NCBI GenBank assembly: GCA_904391375.1
Contig: CAJFMF010000009.1
Location: 1-52,857 of the forward strand
Length of the DNA stretch: 52,857 bases
Reading direction: 5' to 3'
From: Candidatus Gallimonas faecavium
GTDB taxonomy: Bacteria; Bacillota; Clostridia; Christensenellales; Borkfalkiaceae
Below the pieces are notes generated by a model. That model did not search any database. It worked only from the letters and a program-made list of their open reading frames with translations, and was not told the origin of the DNA. The position numbers and the translations under genes are program-made. Positions 28,009-36,775 of the stretch are shown piece by piece. Position 1 is the stretch's first letter. Every line of letters starts with the position of its first letter.

Positions 28009-28673
28009 TCGATCTCGGCGATTGGAAAGAGCCGCTTGCCCCGCTCTTCGAGGACGAGCGCTATCAGAAAATCCGTGCCTTTCTCATTGAGGAGTACCGT
28101 CATCATATCGTCTACCCCGATATGTACGACATCTTCAACTGCTTTCGCTATACGCCCTATGCAAACGTGAAAGCGGTGCTTCTGGGGCAGGACCCCTACC
28201 ACAACGAAGGACAGGCAAACGGCCTCTGTTTCTCCGTTCATGACGGCATTCCGAAGCCCCCTTCTCTGGAAAACATGATGAAGGAACTGCACGACGACCT
28301 GGGCTGTCCCGTCGTGAAGTCGGGCGATCTCACGAAATGGGCAAAAGAGGGCGTCCTGCTGATGAACACGGCCCTCACGGTGCGCGCGCATCAGGCAAAC
28401 TCGCACGCAAACTGCGGCTGGAGCTGGTTTACCGACGCCGTCATCTCCCTTTTGAGCAAAAACAAGGAACACCTCGTCTTTTTGCTCTGGGGCGGGAATG
28501 CCCGCCGCAAAAAAGCGCTCATCGACACGAGCAAACACCTCGTTCTGGAATGCGCCCATCCCTCGCCTCTCTCGGCATACAACGGATTTTTCGGCTGCCG
28601 ACACTTTTCCAAGACAAACGCCTACCTCACCGCGCACGGCATTGCCCCCATCGATTGGGATCTGAGCGAGTAA
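28005..28673 (+). CDS. ung: Uracil-DNA glycosylase
   Basis: 222 aa. GQDPYH, the water-activating loop and the HPSPLS motif. ATGA overlap with luxS. Confidence 0.95.
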   Translation: MIDLGDWKEPLAPLFEDERYQKIRAFLIEEYRHHIVYPDMYDIFNCFRYTPYANVKAVLLGQDPYHNEGQANGLCFSVHDGIPKPPSLENMMKELHDDLGCPVVKSGDLTKWAKEGVLLMNTALTVRAHQANSHANCGWSWFTDAVISLLSKNKEHLVFLLWGGNARRKKALIDTSKHLVLECAHPSPLSAYNGFFGCRHFSKTNAYLTAHGIAPIDWDLSE

Positions 28674-28770
28674 TCCGTCCCGCGCCTTTCTTGGCTCTCT
28701 GTGCCGCCGCTTCCAGCTTCCGCGCGCCGCCCTCGCTTTTTGTGCGCCGCCCGTACCGAAAGCGGCTTGC

Positions 28771-28902
28771 CAAAACCCTGTCCCGCACAGCGGTTTGAAG
28801 CATCTGTTCCCGCAGACGTCTTGCAAATATCATTCCAGTTTGCGGGAGAGACTGCGGGAGAAATTTGGGGAAGACCGCGCAAAACCCTGTCCTGCGCGGC
28901 GG
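28771..28902 (+). repeat. Direct repeat pair CAAAACCCTGTCC[C/T]GC.C.GCGG (28771-28793 and 28880-28902)
   Basis: About 20 of 23-25 positions are identical, with 109 nt spacing. The core CCCTGTCCCG recurs at 28941-28950 and 29417-29426. Confidence 0.8.
28841..28861 (+). repeat. Tandem TGCGGGAGA x2 (12-nt period), complementary to TCCCGCAG at 28808-28815
   Basis: Read directly from the sequence: tgcgggaga-gac-tgcgggaga. The upstream 8-mer can pair with either copy. Confidence 0.75.
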
Positions 28903-29034
28903 TATGACGCCGCGCCGTAACATAAATCCTTGCGCGCCCTCCCTGTCCCGGCACGAATCCCCGCGCGCTCTCCCGTTCACGGCCGCGGACGGCGGGCGCG
29001 TTTCCGCCGATCAATCGCTTTGCCTTTATCAAAT

Positions 29035-29056
29035 CCCGCGCCCGCGCGGGGTTTTT
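29035..29056 (+). terminator. Short GC hairpin plus T5 (possible terminator of a transcript crossing the ung-downstream spacer)
   Basis: CCCGCG-cccg-CGCGGG followed by GTTTTTC. Confidence 0.45.
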
Positions 29057-29131
29057 CTTGCAAAAAAATGCCGCGTTACAGAAAATAACAATCTTTTTTC
29101 AGACTTTCTTGCGAAAAAATGGCAGCGGGAC

Positions 29132-29160
29132 TTGCTTTTTGAGCAAATATATTCTATAAT
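29132..29160 (+). promoter_or_regulatory. Sigma-A promoter for the 29187 gene
   Basis: TTGCTT-N17-TATAAT. Confidence 0.55.
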
Positions 29161-29186
29161 AGAGAAAAACAAGAAGGAGTCATCTC

Positions 29187-30050
29187 ATGAGAACGTATAC
29201 CGAAGAAGAACTTATCAAGCGTCAGCATGAACTCGATGTCGATAAATGGGTCGCCAGCGAAGCGGCCGGATACGACCTCTGCGGCTCCTTCACCTTCTGT
29301 GCGCGCTGCGAGCGCATGGAGCCGCAGCCCTGCGCGCGCGCCGAACTGCGCTGGCTGGAGGAACAGGAACGCGAAGAGGAAGAATTCCGCAAAAATCAGC
29401 AGACGCTGGAAGAAAACCCTGTCCCGGCCCCTCTTTCGGACGAATCCGCTCCCGCGGCGGCAGATACGCCTGCGGCTGAAGGCGATGCGGAGGAGGCGCC
29501 CGAGGAAGAGGAGGCGATGACGGAGGTCGCCGCGGCCGTTTCGCCGACGCAGATTCCTGCGGGGTATGAATTTGTCACGCGCTACCGCCGTTCCTTCAAG
29601 TCCCGTCTGATCCAGGACGCCAAGATGCAGGACTTCTATTCCGATCTGAAAAATGCCTTTGCGGAGCTGACGGGCGTCAAGGCACGGCTCAGCCGTCATT
29701 GCGAGAACTTCCGCTATCACGCCGATCGCATTGCAAAACTCAACGTGGGCGGAAAGACGCTCACGCTCTATCTCGCGCTCGACCCTTCCAAGTACGAGGA
29801 TTCCAAATATCGCTACGAGGACGTCTCCGACCGCAAGACATATTCCGAAACGCCCATGAAAATCCGCATCACGAGCAAGCGCATGGTGAAGTACGCGCGC
29901 GAATTGCTCTACGACCTCGCGGAAAAATTTGCGATCACCATAACGGGCTGTATCCCGATGGACTACCACATGAAGTACCAGACGGACGAGGCGCTCATCA
30001 AAAAGGGTCTCATCAAACCCTATGAGGTGCTCGTCAAGAAAAAGAAGTAA
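29187..30050 (+). CDS. Hypothetical protein: N-terminal Cys cluster, acidic linker and a conserved-looking C-terminal domain
   Basis: 287 aa. SD AAGGAG. CGSFTFCARCERMEPQPC, then an E/A/P-rich linker, then a ~160-aa lysine/tyrosine-rich domain. Two terminators follow the gene. Confidence 0.7.
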   Translation: MRTYTEEELIKRQHELDVDKWVASEAAGYDLCGSFTFCARCERMEPQPCARAELRWLEEQEREEEEFRKNQQTLEENPVPAPLSDESAPAAADTPAAEGDAEEAPEEEEAMTEVAAAVSPTQIPAGYEFVTRYRRSFKSRLIQDAKMQDFYSDLKNAFAELTGVKARLSRHCENFRYHADRIAKLNVGGKTLTLYLALDPSKYEDSKYRYEDVSDRKTYSETPMKIRITSKRMVKYARELLYDLAEKFAITITGCIPMDYHMKYQTDEALIKKGLIKPYEVLVKKKK

Positions 30051-30056
30051 TAATGC

Positions 30057-30084
30057 AAACGGAGCGGTTCGCCGCTCCGTTTTT
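30057..30084. terminator. Bidirectional terminator between the 29187 gene and clpC
   Basis: AAACGGAGCGG-ttcg-CCGCTCCGTTT followed by TT. Confidence 0.75.
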
Positions 30085-30094
30085 CGTTATGCCG

Positions 30095-30120
30095 AATCGG
30101 AGACTGCGCTCCGATTTTAC
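30095..30120 (+). terminator. Second hairpin terminator
   Basis: AATCGGAG-actgcg-CTCCGATT followed by TTAC. Confidence 0.5.
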
Positions 30121-30183
30121 AAAACAGATTATTTTTCAAAGCAGACTTTTCCGACACAGAGAAGAAGGCAGGCGGACGCCGTT

Positions 30184-32637
30184 TTATTGCTCTTCAAAGG
30201 AAAAATCCCCGTCCCGCACGTCGACGACGACGGTCGCACCCACCGAAATGCGCCGCTGGAGGATTTCTTCGGAAAGGCGGTCCTCGATCCGCCGCCGCAC
30301 GATGCGCTTTAAGGGACGTGCGCCGAACTCTTCGCTGTAACCCTCGTCCACGAGCAGGGAGAGTGCCTGCGGGGTGACTTTCAGCACGATGTCGCGCGCT
30401 TTCAGGCGGCTGACGAGCGACGCGACGATCTTCTCGCAGATGCGCAGCGCGTCCTCGCGCGTGAGCTTATGGAAGATGATGATGTCATCGAGACGGTTGA
30501 GAAACTCCGGTTTGAACTGCTTGCGCAGCGCCGACTCGATGCGGTCCTTCATGGACTCGTATTCTTTGCCCGCGGCGGGCGACGAGAAGCCGAGCGGCGC
30601 GGCATCCTTCACCTCGTGCGAACCGACGTTGCTCGTCAGGATGATGACGGTGTTCTTGAAGGAGACCACACGCCCGCGGCTGTCCGTCAGACGCCCGTCG
30701 TCGAGGATCTGAAGGAGCAGATTGAATACGTCGGGATGCGCCTTCTCGATCTCGTCGAAGAGGACGACCGAATAGGGATTGCGGCGGATGCGCTCGGTGA
30801 GCTGGCCGCTCGTCTCGTCATAGCCGACATATCCGGGCGGCGCGCCGATGAGCTTGGAGACGCTGTTCTTCTCCATGTACTCGGACATATCCAGGCGGAC
30901 AAGCATCTTTTCGTCGCCGAACATGCTCTCGGCGAGTGCCTTGGAAAGGTCGGTCTTGCCCACGCCCGTCGGGCCGACAAAGATGAAGGAGCCGATGGGC
31001 TTGTTGACGTCCTTGAGCCCCGCACGCGCGCGGCGGATGGCCTTGGCGACCGCCGAGACCGCCTCATCCTGTCCGACGATGCGCCGGTGCAGCTCCTCCT
31101 CCAGGTGCATGAGCTTTTCGCTCTCCTCCTCGGTGAGCTTGGCGACGGGGACTCCCGTCCAGCCGCTGACGATCTCCGCGACTTCCTCCCCGCCGATGGC
31201 AAGATGGGTGGCAAGACGCTGTTTCGTCCATGCCGCCCGCTGTTTTTCCGCCGTTGCGGCCAGCGCCGCAATCTCCCGATCGAGACGCGCGACGCGCGCG
31301 GCGTCATTCCACTTGTTCGCCTTGTCGCGGTCGGAGCGCAGGCGGGCCAGCTTTTCCTCCGACTCGCGGAACTCCTCCGGTCCCGTGTAGGCGTTCAGAC
31401 GCGCACGGCTCGCCGCCTCGTCGATGAGGTCGATCGCCTTGTCGGGCAGGTATCGATCGGTGATGTAGCGGTCAGAGAGCCGCACCGCCGCTTCGATCGC
31501 CTCGTCGGTGATGACGACGTTGTGATGCGCTTCGTACTTGTCCTTTACCCCGCGCAGAATGGAGACGGTGTCCTCCAGGGAGGGCTCTGCGACCATTACG
31601 GGCGTAAAGCGGCGCTCGAGCGCGGCATCCTTTTCGATGTACTTGCGGTATTCTTCCAGCGTGGTCGCGCCCACCGTCTGGAGCTCTCCGCGCGAGAGCA
31701 TGGGCTTGAGAATATTGGAGGCGTCCATGTTGCTGTCCGAGGACGACCCCGCGCCGACGATCATGTGGATTTCGTCGATGAAGAGAATGATGTTCTGATT
31801 GAAGCGGATCTCTTCGATCACCTTTTTGAGGCGTTCCTCGAAGTCGCCGCGATAGCGCGCGCCCGCCACGAGGCCTGCAAGGTCGAGCGAGAACACGATC
31901 TTGTCGCGCAGAAGTTCGGGGACTTTCCCCGCGACGATGGCCTGCGCCAGGCCCTCGACAACGGCGCTCTTTCCGACGCCCGGCTCGCCGATGAGCACGG
32001 GGTTGTTCTTGGTGCGACGCGAGAGAATCTGAACGACCTTTTCGATCTCCTTCCGCCGTCCGATGACGGGGTCGACCTTGCCCTCGCGCGCCTTCTGCGT
32101 CAGATCGGTGCCATACGCGAGGAGATCGGGCCCCAGCACGGACGACGACTGCATGCGGGAGCGATACTGCGCCTCATCTTCAAGCGGCGGCTCCTCTTCC
32201 TCGGGCGCGGTACGGATGAACTCGCTCGTCTTGCGAATGAGCGCGTTGAGGTCGATGCCCATGTTGCGCAGAATGACGACCGCAATGCAGTTGTCCTCGG
32301 TGAACATCGCCATGAGGACGTGCTCCGTTCCCGTAATGGGACAGGGATCGTCCGACTGCATGGAGAGCTCGCGCGCAAGCCCGAAGATGCGCTTGGTGCG
32401 CGGCGTAAAGCCGTAAGCCGGCGAATTGTGCTGCAGAATGTGGCGGAACTTGTTGCGGTAGACGTCCAGCTTGACGCCCGCTTCGGTCAGGAGGCGGCTC
32501 GCCGTACTGTCCGTCACGCAGAGCATGGCGAGCAGGACGTGCTCGCTTCCGATGTAGCCCGTCTTATAGTGCTGTGCCGCCTCTTCGGAGAGCTGTACCG
32601 CCTGCCGAAGATGGTCGGAAAAATGCGACATGTCCAT
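30184..32637 (-). CDS. clpC: ATP-dependent Clp protease ATP-binding subunit ClpC
   Basis: 817 aa. Clp_N repeats, two AAA+ modules ([17 protein letters not shown]) and a UVR-like linker. Confidence 0.96.
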   Translation of the reverse strand: MDMSHFSDHLRQAVQLSEEAAQHYKTGYIGSEHVLLAMLCVTDSTASRLLTEAGVKLDVYRNKFRHILQHNSPAYGFTPRTKRIFGLARELSMQSDDPCPITGTEHVLMAMFTEDNCIAVVILRNMGIDLNALIRKTSEFIRTAPEEEEPPLEDEAQYRSRMQSSSVLGPDLLAYGTDLTQKAREGKVDPVIGRRKEIEKVVQILSRRTKNNPVLIGEPGVGKSAVVEGLAQAIVAGKVPELLRDKIVFSLDLAGLVAGARYRGDFEERLKKVIEEIRFNQNIILFIDEIHMIVGAGSSSDSNMDASNILKPMLSRGELQTVGATTLEEYRKYIEKDAALERRFTPVMVAEPSLEDTVSILRGVKDKYEAHHNVVITDEAIEAAVRLSDRYITDRYLPDKAIDLIDEAASRARLNAYTGPEEFRESEEKLARLRSDRDKANKWNDAARVARLDREIAALAATAEKQRAAWTKQRLATHLAIGGEEVAEIVSGWTGVPVAKLTEEESEKLMHLEEELHRRIVGQDEAVSAVAKAIRRARAGLKDVNKPIGSFIFVGPTGVGKTDLSKALAESMFGDEKMLVRLDMSEYMEKNSVSKLIGAPPGYVGYDETSGQLTERIRRNPYSVVLFDEIEKAHPDVFNLLLQILDDGRLTDSRGRVVSFKNTVIILTSNVGSHEVKDAAPLGFSSPAAGKEYESMKDRIESALRKQFKPEFLNRLDDIIIFHKLTREDALRICEKIVASLVSRLKARDIVLKVTPQALSLLVDEGYSEEFGARPLKRIVRRRIEDRLSEEILQRRISVGATVVVDVRDGDFSFEEQ

Positions 32638-32653
32638 GACGTTATCCCCTTAT

Positions 32654-33709
32654 TCAGTCCGTCTGCAGCTGCATGGCACGAATGGCCGTGCGCGCATAGT
32701 CGGCGCGATAGGCGTCCTGCCCCTGCTTGTCGAGCGGCGCGCCGTTCAGCCGATTGATGTTCGCGGGACGCAGCGTCGCGGCGAGCTCGTCGAGCTGTGC
32801 CATCCACGCGTCGTCCTCGCTCCCATCCGAGTAATACCCGAGCGCCAGTCCCAGTTTGACATCCGCCAGATAGCGCAGAAATTCATGCTCTTCCAGGACG
32901 CGGCAGTTGGTCAGAATGCCGTAGGCGCGGCTCACCTTGTCGCGGAGCTGCAGTCCGCCCTCCGCCTTCATGCGTGCGCGGCCGAGCAGTTCCTCTTCGA
33001 CGATCAGCCCCACCGCCTGCCCGACAATGGTGAGGATCTTTTCCTCCGAGACCCCGAGCGTGACTTCGTTGCTGACCTGAAAGAGATCGCCCTCCGCGCC
33101 GCTTCCCTCGCCGTATGCGCCGCGCGCCGTAAGGCCGAGCCGCAGAAGCTCCGGGACGATTTCGCGCGCCATCGTCCCCTGCCGCGAGAGCGCGGGCAGA
33201 AAGAGCATGACGGACGCCCGAAGACCCGTTCCGAGGTTGGTGGGACAGGCCGTGAGATAGCCGAACTGCTCGTCAAAGGCGAAGGGAACGCTGTCGGAAA
33301 TGGCGTCGTCCAATCCCGTGATGCGCTCCCACGCGCGCGGGAGGTCAAAGCCGCGCATGAAGTACTGCTCGCGGACATGGTCCTCCTCGTTGAGCATGAC
33401 GGAGATGATCTCGTCGGAGGAGATGAGCGCCGCCGAAATGCGACGGTTGCGCACGAGATCGCGCGAGATGAGGTTGCGCTCCAACAGCAGCGCCGTGCGC
33501 TCGTCGGAGACGTGTTTCATCTCATACAGCGTGAACTGATCGACCTTGGAGAGCGTCGCCGTGATGAGACGGACGATCTCCTGCGCCTGTTCTTCGGCGT
33601 GCGTGTCCTTCAACAGCCGCCACGGGAAGGGGTAATCGGCAAAATTGCGCGCAAGGCGCATCCGCGTGGAGACGGCGACGCTTTCAAAACTCTCGGGAAC
33701 CGAACTCAT
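32654..33709 (-). CDS. mcsB: Protein arginine kinase McsB
   Basis: 351 aa. ATP:guanido phosphotransferase core (RxRLARN, CPTNLGTGLRASVM). Confidence 0.93.
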   Translation of the reverse strand: MSSVPESFESVAVSTRMRLARNFADYPFPWRLLKDTHAEEQAQEIVRLITATLSKVDQFTLYEMKHVSDERTALLLERNLISRDLVRNRRISAALISSDEIISVMLNEEDHVREQYFMRGFDLPRAWERITGLDDAISDSVPFAFDEQFGYLTACPTNLGTGLRASVMLFLPALSRQGTMAREIVPELLRLGLTARGAYGEGSGAEGDLFQVSNEVTLGVSEEKILTIVGQAVGLIVEEELLGRARMKAEGGLQLRDKVSRAYGILTNCRVLEEHEFLRYLADVKLGLALGYYSDGSEDDAWMAQLDELAATLRPANINRLNGAPLDKQGQDAYRADYARTAIRAMQLQTD

Positions 33710-34188
33710 CGCAGTTCCTCCTTGCGCGAAGAGAGATCGCGCAGCGCCTGCTGCAGCCGACGCGCCGCGGCGTAATCATGGCGGCGCATCGCCTCCTCGA
33801 TCTGTTCGCGAAGCGTCTCCTGCCGCGACACATAGGCGCGCACGCGGTCATAGTCCTCTTCGGTGTGCGATTCGGGACGCTTTCCCGCATGGCGCAGGTT
33901 CGCCTGAATGCCGCGCACGGTGAGAAAGAGCTGCTCCCGAAAGGCACTGTAACACCCCGCACAACCGAGCAGGCCCGTGCGTCGGAATTCGCCGAACGTC
34001 GTCCCGCACACGGGACAGACGGCATCGTTTTGCGTTTCCTCACCCATGAGCGACGCAAACCCCGTCCACGGCTTTTCAGTGTAGAGCGCACGATAACATG
34101 CGGGACAGAGCTCCACCGTGACGCTCTTCCCGTCCACGTTCCGGATGAATTTTTGCGCAGGACGCTTCCCGCAGTTCTGACAGAGCAA
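33706..34188 (-). CDS. mcsA: McsA (zinc-finger and UVR-domain activator of McsB)
   Basis: 160 aa. Paired CxxC motifs (CQNCG..CPACY, CPVCG..CAGCY). TTG start with SD GGAGGAAAG. ATGA overlap with mcsB. Confidence 0.85.
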   Translation of the reverse strand: MLCQNCGKRPAQKFIRNVDGKSVTVELCPACYRALYTEKPWTGFASLMGEETQNDAVCPVCGTTFGEFRRTGLLGCAGCYSAFREQLFLTVRGIQANLRHAGKRPESHTEEDYDRVRAYVSRQETLREQIEEAMRRHDYAAARRLQQALRDLSSRKEELR

Positions 34189-34235
34189 TTTGCTTTCCTC
34201 CGCGCCGAGCCGCTCCGAAGTGCGGCTTCTCTATC

Positions 34236-35318
34236 TTATTCCCGACACAGGTCGGGACGGAACTCCTTCAGATATTCATAGGCGCCGACGACCTCGGGAA
34301 TATGATAGCTCCCGTAGGCACATTCGGCGGCAAAGTACGATTTTCCCTCGACCGTCTCAACGGAAATGCCGACAAGCTCCGACCATTTCAGAAAAAAGCG
34401 ATCGCTCTCGGCACGGCCGTTTTCCCGCCAGTAGATGCCCTCGTCATAGAACGCGAGCATGCCCTTGGCGTTGCGGAATCCGATGAGCGAACGGACGGCG
34501 AAAAAGACGCCGAACACCCCCACGAGGACCCCGACGAACAGAAATTCCTGCCAGAACACGGCGACGAGCGCGCCCGCGATCGTCACCGCCGCCCCGATCG
34601 CCGCAAAGATGAGCGAACGGCGGCGCTTTGCCGCATCGGGAAGCAAGAATTTGGCACGCGCCTGAAAGCGCACATTTTTGCGTTTCTCACCGCGCGGCGG
34701 CACTTCGCCGAGCAAGGTAAGCCCGTGCCGCTCGAGCACGGAATAGAGCCGCTCCTTGCCGTCCGTCTCGATAAGCGCGCGCGGACTGTCCCCCTTCTTC
34801 ATGACGTAGTGCGCGGGCATCTCGATGACGACACTCCACGTCCCCTTTTCCTGCGGCTTGCTGCGCGTGCAGACCGAATGAAACCTGATCTCCGCATACG
34901 GCACGCGGATGGATTTCTTCCGATCTTTCTCGGGACGGATCAGGAGCGCGTCCGCGCCGAATTCGGCGATCGTACCCTCGCCGACGAAAAAACACTCCTC
35001 GCCGCAGCAGCGCTCCTGGAAGTCGCGGTGCGAAGCGGTCGCCTCCTGCGCCGCCTTCCCGAAGAGCAGGGAGACAAGCGCGAACAATACGGCGCCCGCC
35101 GCAAAAATTCCCGTCAAAAGATAGAGCAGCGTCTTGCGCTCCGGCGCGGGGTTCCCCATCTCCAGCATGATGACGACGACCAGCACCCCGACGAGACACG
35201 CAATGGCCGCAACGGCAAATCCGAGAAGCAGCCCGTTATATCCGCGGGCAATCGCCTTGAGCGTCTGCGCCTTTTTCGTGCGCGCGGACGCATCTTCGGG
35301 CAAAGGGATAATTTTCAT
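34236..35318 (-). CDS. Four-TM membrane protein with two (2 TM + soluble beta-rich domain) modules, possibly bacterial PH-like
   Basis: 360 aa from MKIIPLPEDA, with SD GGAGG at a 5-nt spacer. The bPH-like interpretation is an inference from architecture alone. Confidence 0.7.
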   Translation of the reverse strand: MKIIPLPEDASARTKKAQTLKAIARGYNGLLLGFAVAAIACLVGVLVVVIMLEMGNPAPERKTLLYLLTGIFAAGAVLFALVSLLFGKAAQEATASHRDFQERCCGEECFFVGEGTIAEFGADALLIRPEKDRKKSIRVPYAEIRFHSVCTRSKPQEKGTWSVVIEMPAHYVMKKGDSPRALIETDGKERLYSVLERHGLTLLGEVPPRGEKRKNVRFQARAKFLLPDAAKRRRSLIFAAIGAAVTIAGALVAVFWQEFLFVGVLVGVFGVFFAVRSLIGFRNAKGMLAFYDEGIYWRENGRAESDRFFLKWSELVGISVETVEGKSYFAAECAYGSYHIPEVVGAYEYLKEFRPDLCRE

Positions 35319-35384
35319 GATTCCTCCGAAAATGTCAAAAAATGGCATACGCGTACCCGTCAAAACAGGTACGCGCCAGGCAAG

Positions 35385-36026
35385 TTATTGTTTGGGACGG
35401 CTCTGCCGCGGCGAGAAATGCAGCCGCTTCCAGGGCGAAAAGAAGAGAACGGCGAGGATCTGGAGCGGCACGCCGATCAGATAGATATACTCCACGGGGA
35501 CGCGTTCGGTATCCACTCCGCAGGCAAGCGCCGTGAGGTGAATGCAGGCGAGCACCGTCCAGACGAGCACGGTGATCGAGAAAAGCCGCGCCCAGCGATA
35601 GTGCCAGATGCAGGAAAAGACGAGCGTAACGATGGCAGACGCGGGGACGGCATAGACAAACGCCAGCCATTTGTCCGAAACGGCAGGCGCACCGATGCCG
35701 ATAAACACGAAACAGACCACGGCGACCAGCCAGCAAAGCCCCACCGAGAGCACCATGGTGAGGATACGGCGCAAAAGGCGCGTCTTTTTGGGCATGACGG
35801 CGGCCTCATGGTGTTCGCGCACCAGATCGTCCACCGAGACATTGAAAAGGTCGGCGAGCTGTACGAGAATACGCACGTCGGGAATCCCGTTCCCCTGTTC
35901 CCATTTGGAAACCGACTTGTCCGAATAATTGATCTTTTCGGCAAGCTCAAGCTGCGTCATATTCGCCATGCGTCTTAACCGCATGATGTTTTTTCCGATG
36001 GTTACGGCAAGAACATCCTCTTCCAT
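35385..36026 (-). CDS. XRE-family HTH transcriptional regulator fused to a ~4-TM membrane domain
   Basis: 213 aa. IGKNIMRLRRMANMTQLELAEKINYSDKSVSKWEQG is a canonical XRE HTH. The C-terminal 130 aa are hydrophobic. Confidence 0.85.
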   Translation of the reverse strand: MEEDVLAVTIGKNIMRLRRMANMTQLELAEKINYSDKSVSKWEQGNGIPDVRILVQLADLFNVSVDDLVREHHEAAVMPKKTRLLRRILTMVLSVGLCWLVAVVCFVFIGIGAPAVSDKWLAFVYAVPASAIVTLVFSCIWHYRWARLFSITVLVWTVLACIHLTALACGVDTERVPVEYIYLIGVPLQILAVLFFSPWKRLHFSPRQSRPKQ

Positions 36027-36032
36027 GGCCCT

Positions 36033-36061
36033 ATTATACCCTTTTTTGCCGCTATTGTCAA
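36033..36061 (-). promoter_or_regulatory. Consensus sigma-A promoter for the XRE gene. It predicts a leaderless mRNA.
   Basis: Minus strand: TTGACA-N17-TATAAT. The -10 ends 6 nt before the ATG at 36026 and there is no SD. Confidence 0.7.
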
Positions 36062-36074
36062 TGGGTTTTTTGTG

Positions 36075-36111
36075 TCTCTACCGTGAGTAGAGCATGAAAA
36101 ACAAACTCTAC
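36075..36111. promoter_or_regulatory. Operator-like hexamer set CTCTAC-N5-GTAGAG-N13-CTCTAC between the divergent promoters
   Basis: Read directly: tCTCTACcgtgaGTAGAGcatgaaaaacaaaCTCTACt. It lies upstream of both -35 boxes (36056-61 and 36155-60). Confidence 0.4.
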
Positions 36112-36154
36112 TTGTGCGAATCATGCGGATAGAGCGCGATTTTCCAGGAGTAGG

Positions 36155-36183
36155 TTGCATTTTTTCCGTCCTGCGCATATAAT
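36155..36183 (+). promoter_or_regulatory. Orphan near-consensus sigma-A promoter pointing into ORF-free DNA
   Basis: TTGCAT-N17-TATAAT. Confidence 0.65.
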
Positions 36184-36189
36184 GAAATT

Positions 36190-36362
36190 ACGGACGGGGA
36201 AAACCGTACGCGGCGGCAGGGAGCCGCCATTGGGGGAGCGAAGGACCGGAGCGTCCTTCCTGCCATTTGCCGAAAAACGAAAGCGGTCCCAGCCGCAGAC
36301 GTTTTTTACTCTCCAATATTTTTTTACAAAGCCCCGCGGCAATGCCGCGGGGCTTTGTACAC
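36190..36362 (+). ncRNA. Candidate ~170-nt small RNA of unknown class. It may read through to 36775.
   Basis: Three hairpins follow the promoter (36189-36208, 36212-36228, 36241-36258), then a 15-bp terminal stem. There is no ATG in the first ~165 nt and no credible ORF. Confidence 0.3.
36326..36358. terminator. Perfect 15-bp stem-loop with a T7 tract upstream and TTTGT within the 3' arm
   Basis: ACAAAGCCCCGCGGC-aat-GCCGCGGGGCTTTGT. Confidence 0.5.
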
Positions 36363-36616
36363 CTCAACGGCGTCTTTTCAAAAGAAAACCGCCTTGCGGA
36401 AAGCGCCGATGGCCGATTTACGGCGCATTGTACCCCACGTTGCCGCGTGCATGGTACGGAAGGCGTACGCACGACAAGACAAAACGGCAACTTTGCGGCA
36501 ACTCGAAACAACGGGCGTACGCGACAGGGCGAGACGGCAGCTTCGCGAAGGCTCGGGACGGCGGACAGGCGCAACAGAACTCGGCGGCACACCGACCATA
36601 AGAGCCATCCTCCGTC

Positions 36617-36670
36617 GCAGAATATCGCCCACAGCCCAAAGCCGCAGAATCTTGCCCACAGCCCAAAAAC
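36617..36670 (+). repeat. Imperfect tandem 27-nt repeat x2
   Basis: GCAGAATATCGCCCACAGCCCAAAGCC / GCAGAATCTTGCCCACAGCCCAAAAAC, 21 of 27 identical. Confidence 0.85.
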
Positions 36671-36731
36671 GGCGTATGTACCAAACAAGAAAAGGCTCGT
36701 GTCTGCGATCCCGCAAAACGCTCTTTCGACA

Positions 36732-36775
36732 GCCGCCCCGCGTCTTCCGACGCGGGGCGGCCGCCTTTCTTTTTC
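36732..36775 (+). terminator. Intrinsic terminator oriented for the plus strand
   Basis: GCCGCCCCGCGTC-ttcc-GACGCGGGGCGGC followed by CGCCTTTCTTTTTC. It may also serve the convergent GH42 gene, weakly. Confidence 0.65.

Noticed and set aside
33706-36120. A CtsR operator (tandem GGTCAAA heptads) upstream of mcsA or the XRE gene.
   Set aside because: Only isolated single GGTCAAA heptads occur, and they lie inside coding regions (for example near 33343 and 38573). None are in tandem or in the promoter regions.
36190-36362. Identity of the candidate sRNA as SRP (4.5S/scRNA), 6S, tmRNA or RNase P RNA, or as a known riboswitch.
   Set aside because: The hallmark sequences are absent: the SRP GGUCCGGAAGGAAGCAGC helix-8 motif, the RNase P GAGGAAAGUCCGGGC, and the tmRNA tag ORF with its tRNA-like ends. 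There is no 5'/3' closing stem as in 6S. No downstream plus-strand gene exists for a riboswitch to control.
36617-36670. The tandem 27-nt repeat as a CRISPR array or a type III toxin-antitoxin repeat RNA.
   Set aside because: There are only two abutting imperfect copies with no spacers. No cas genes and no toxin ORF lie downstream.
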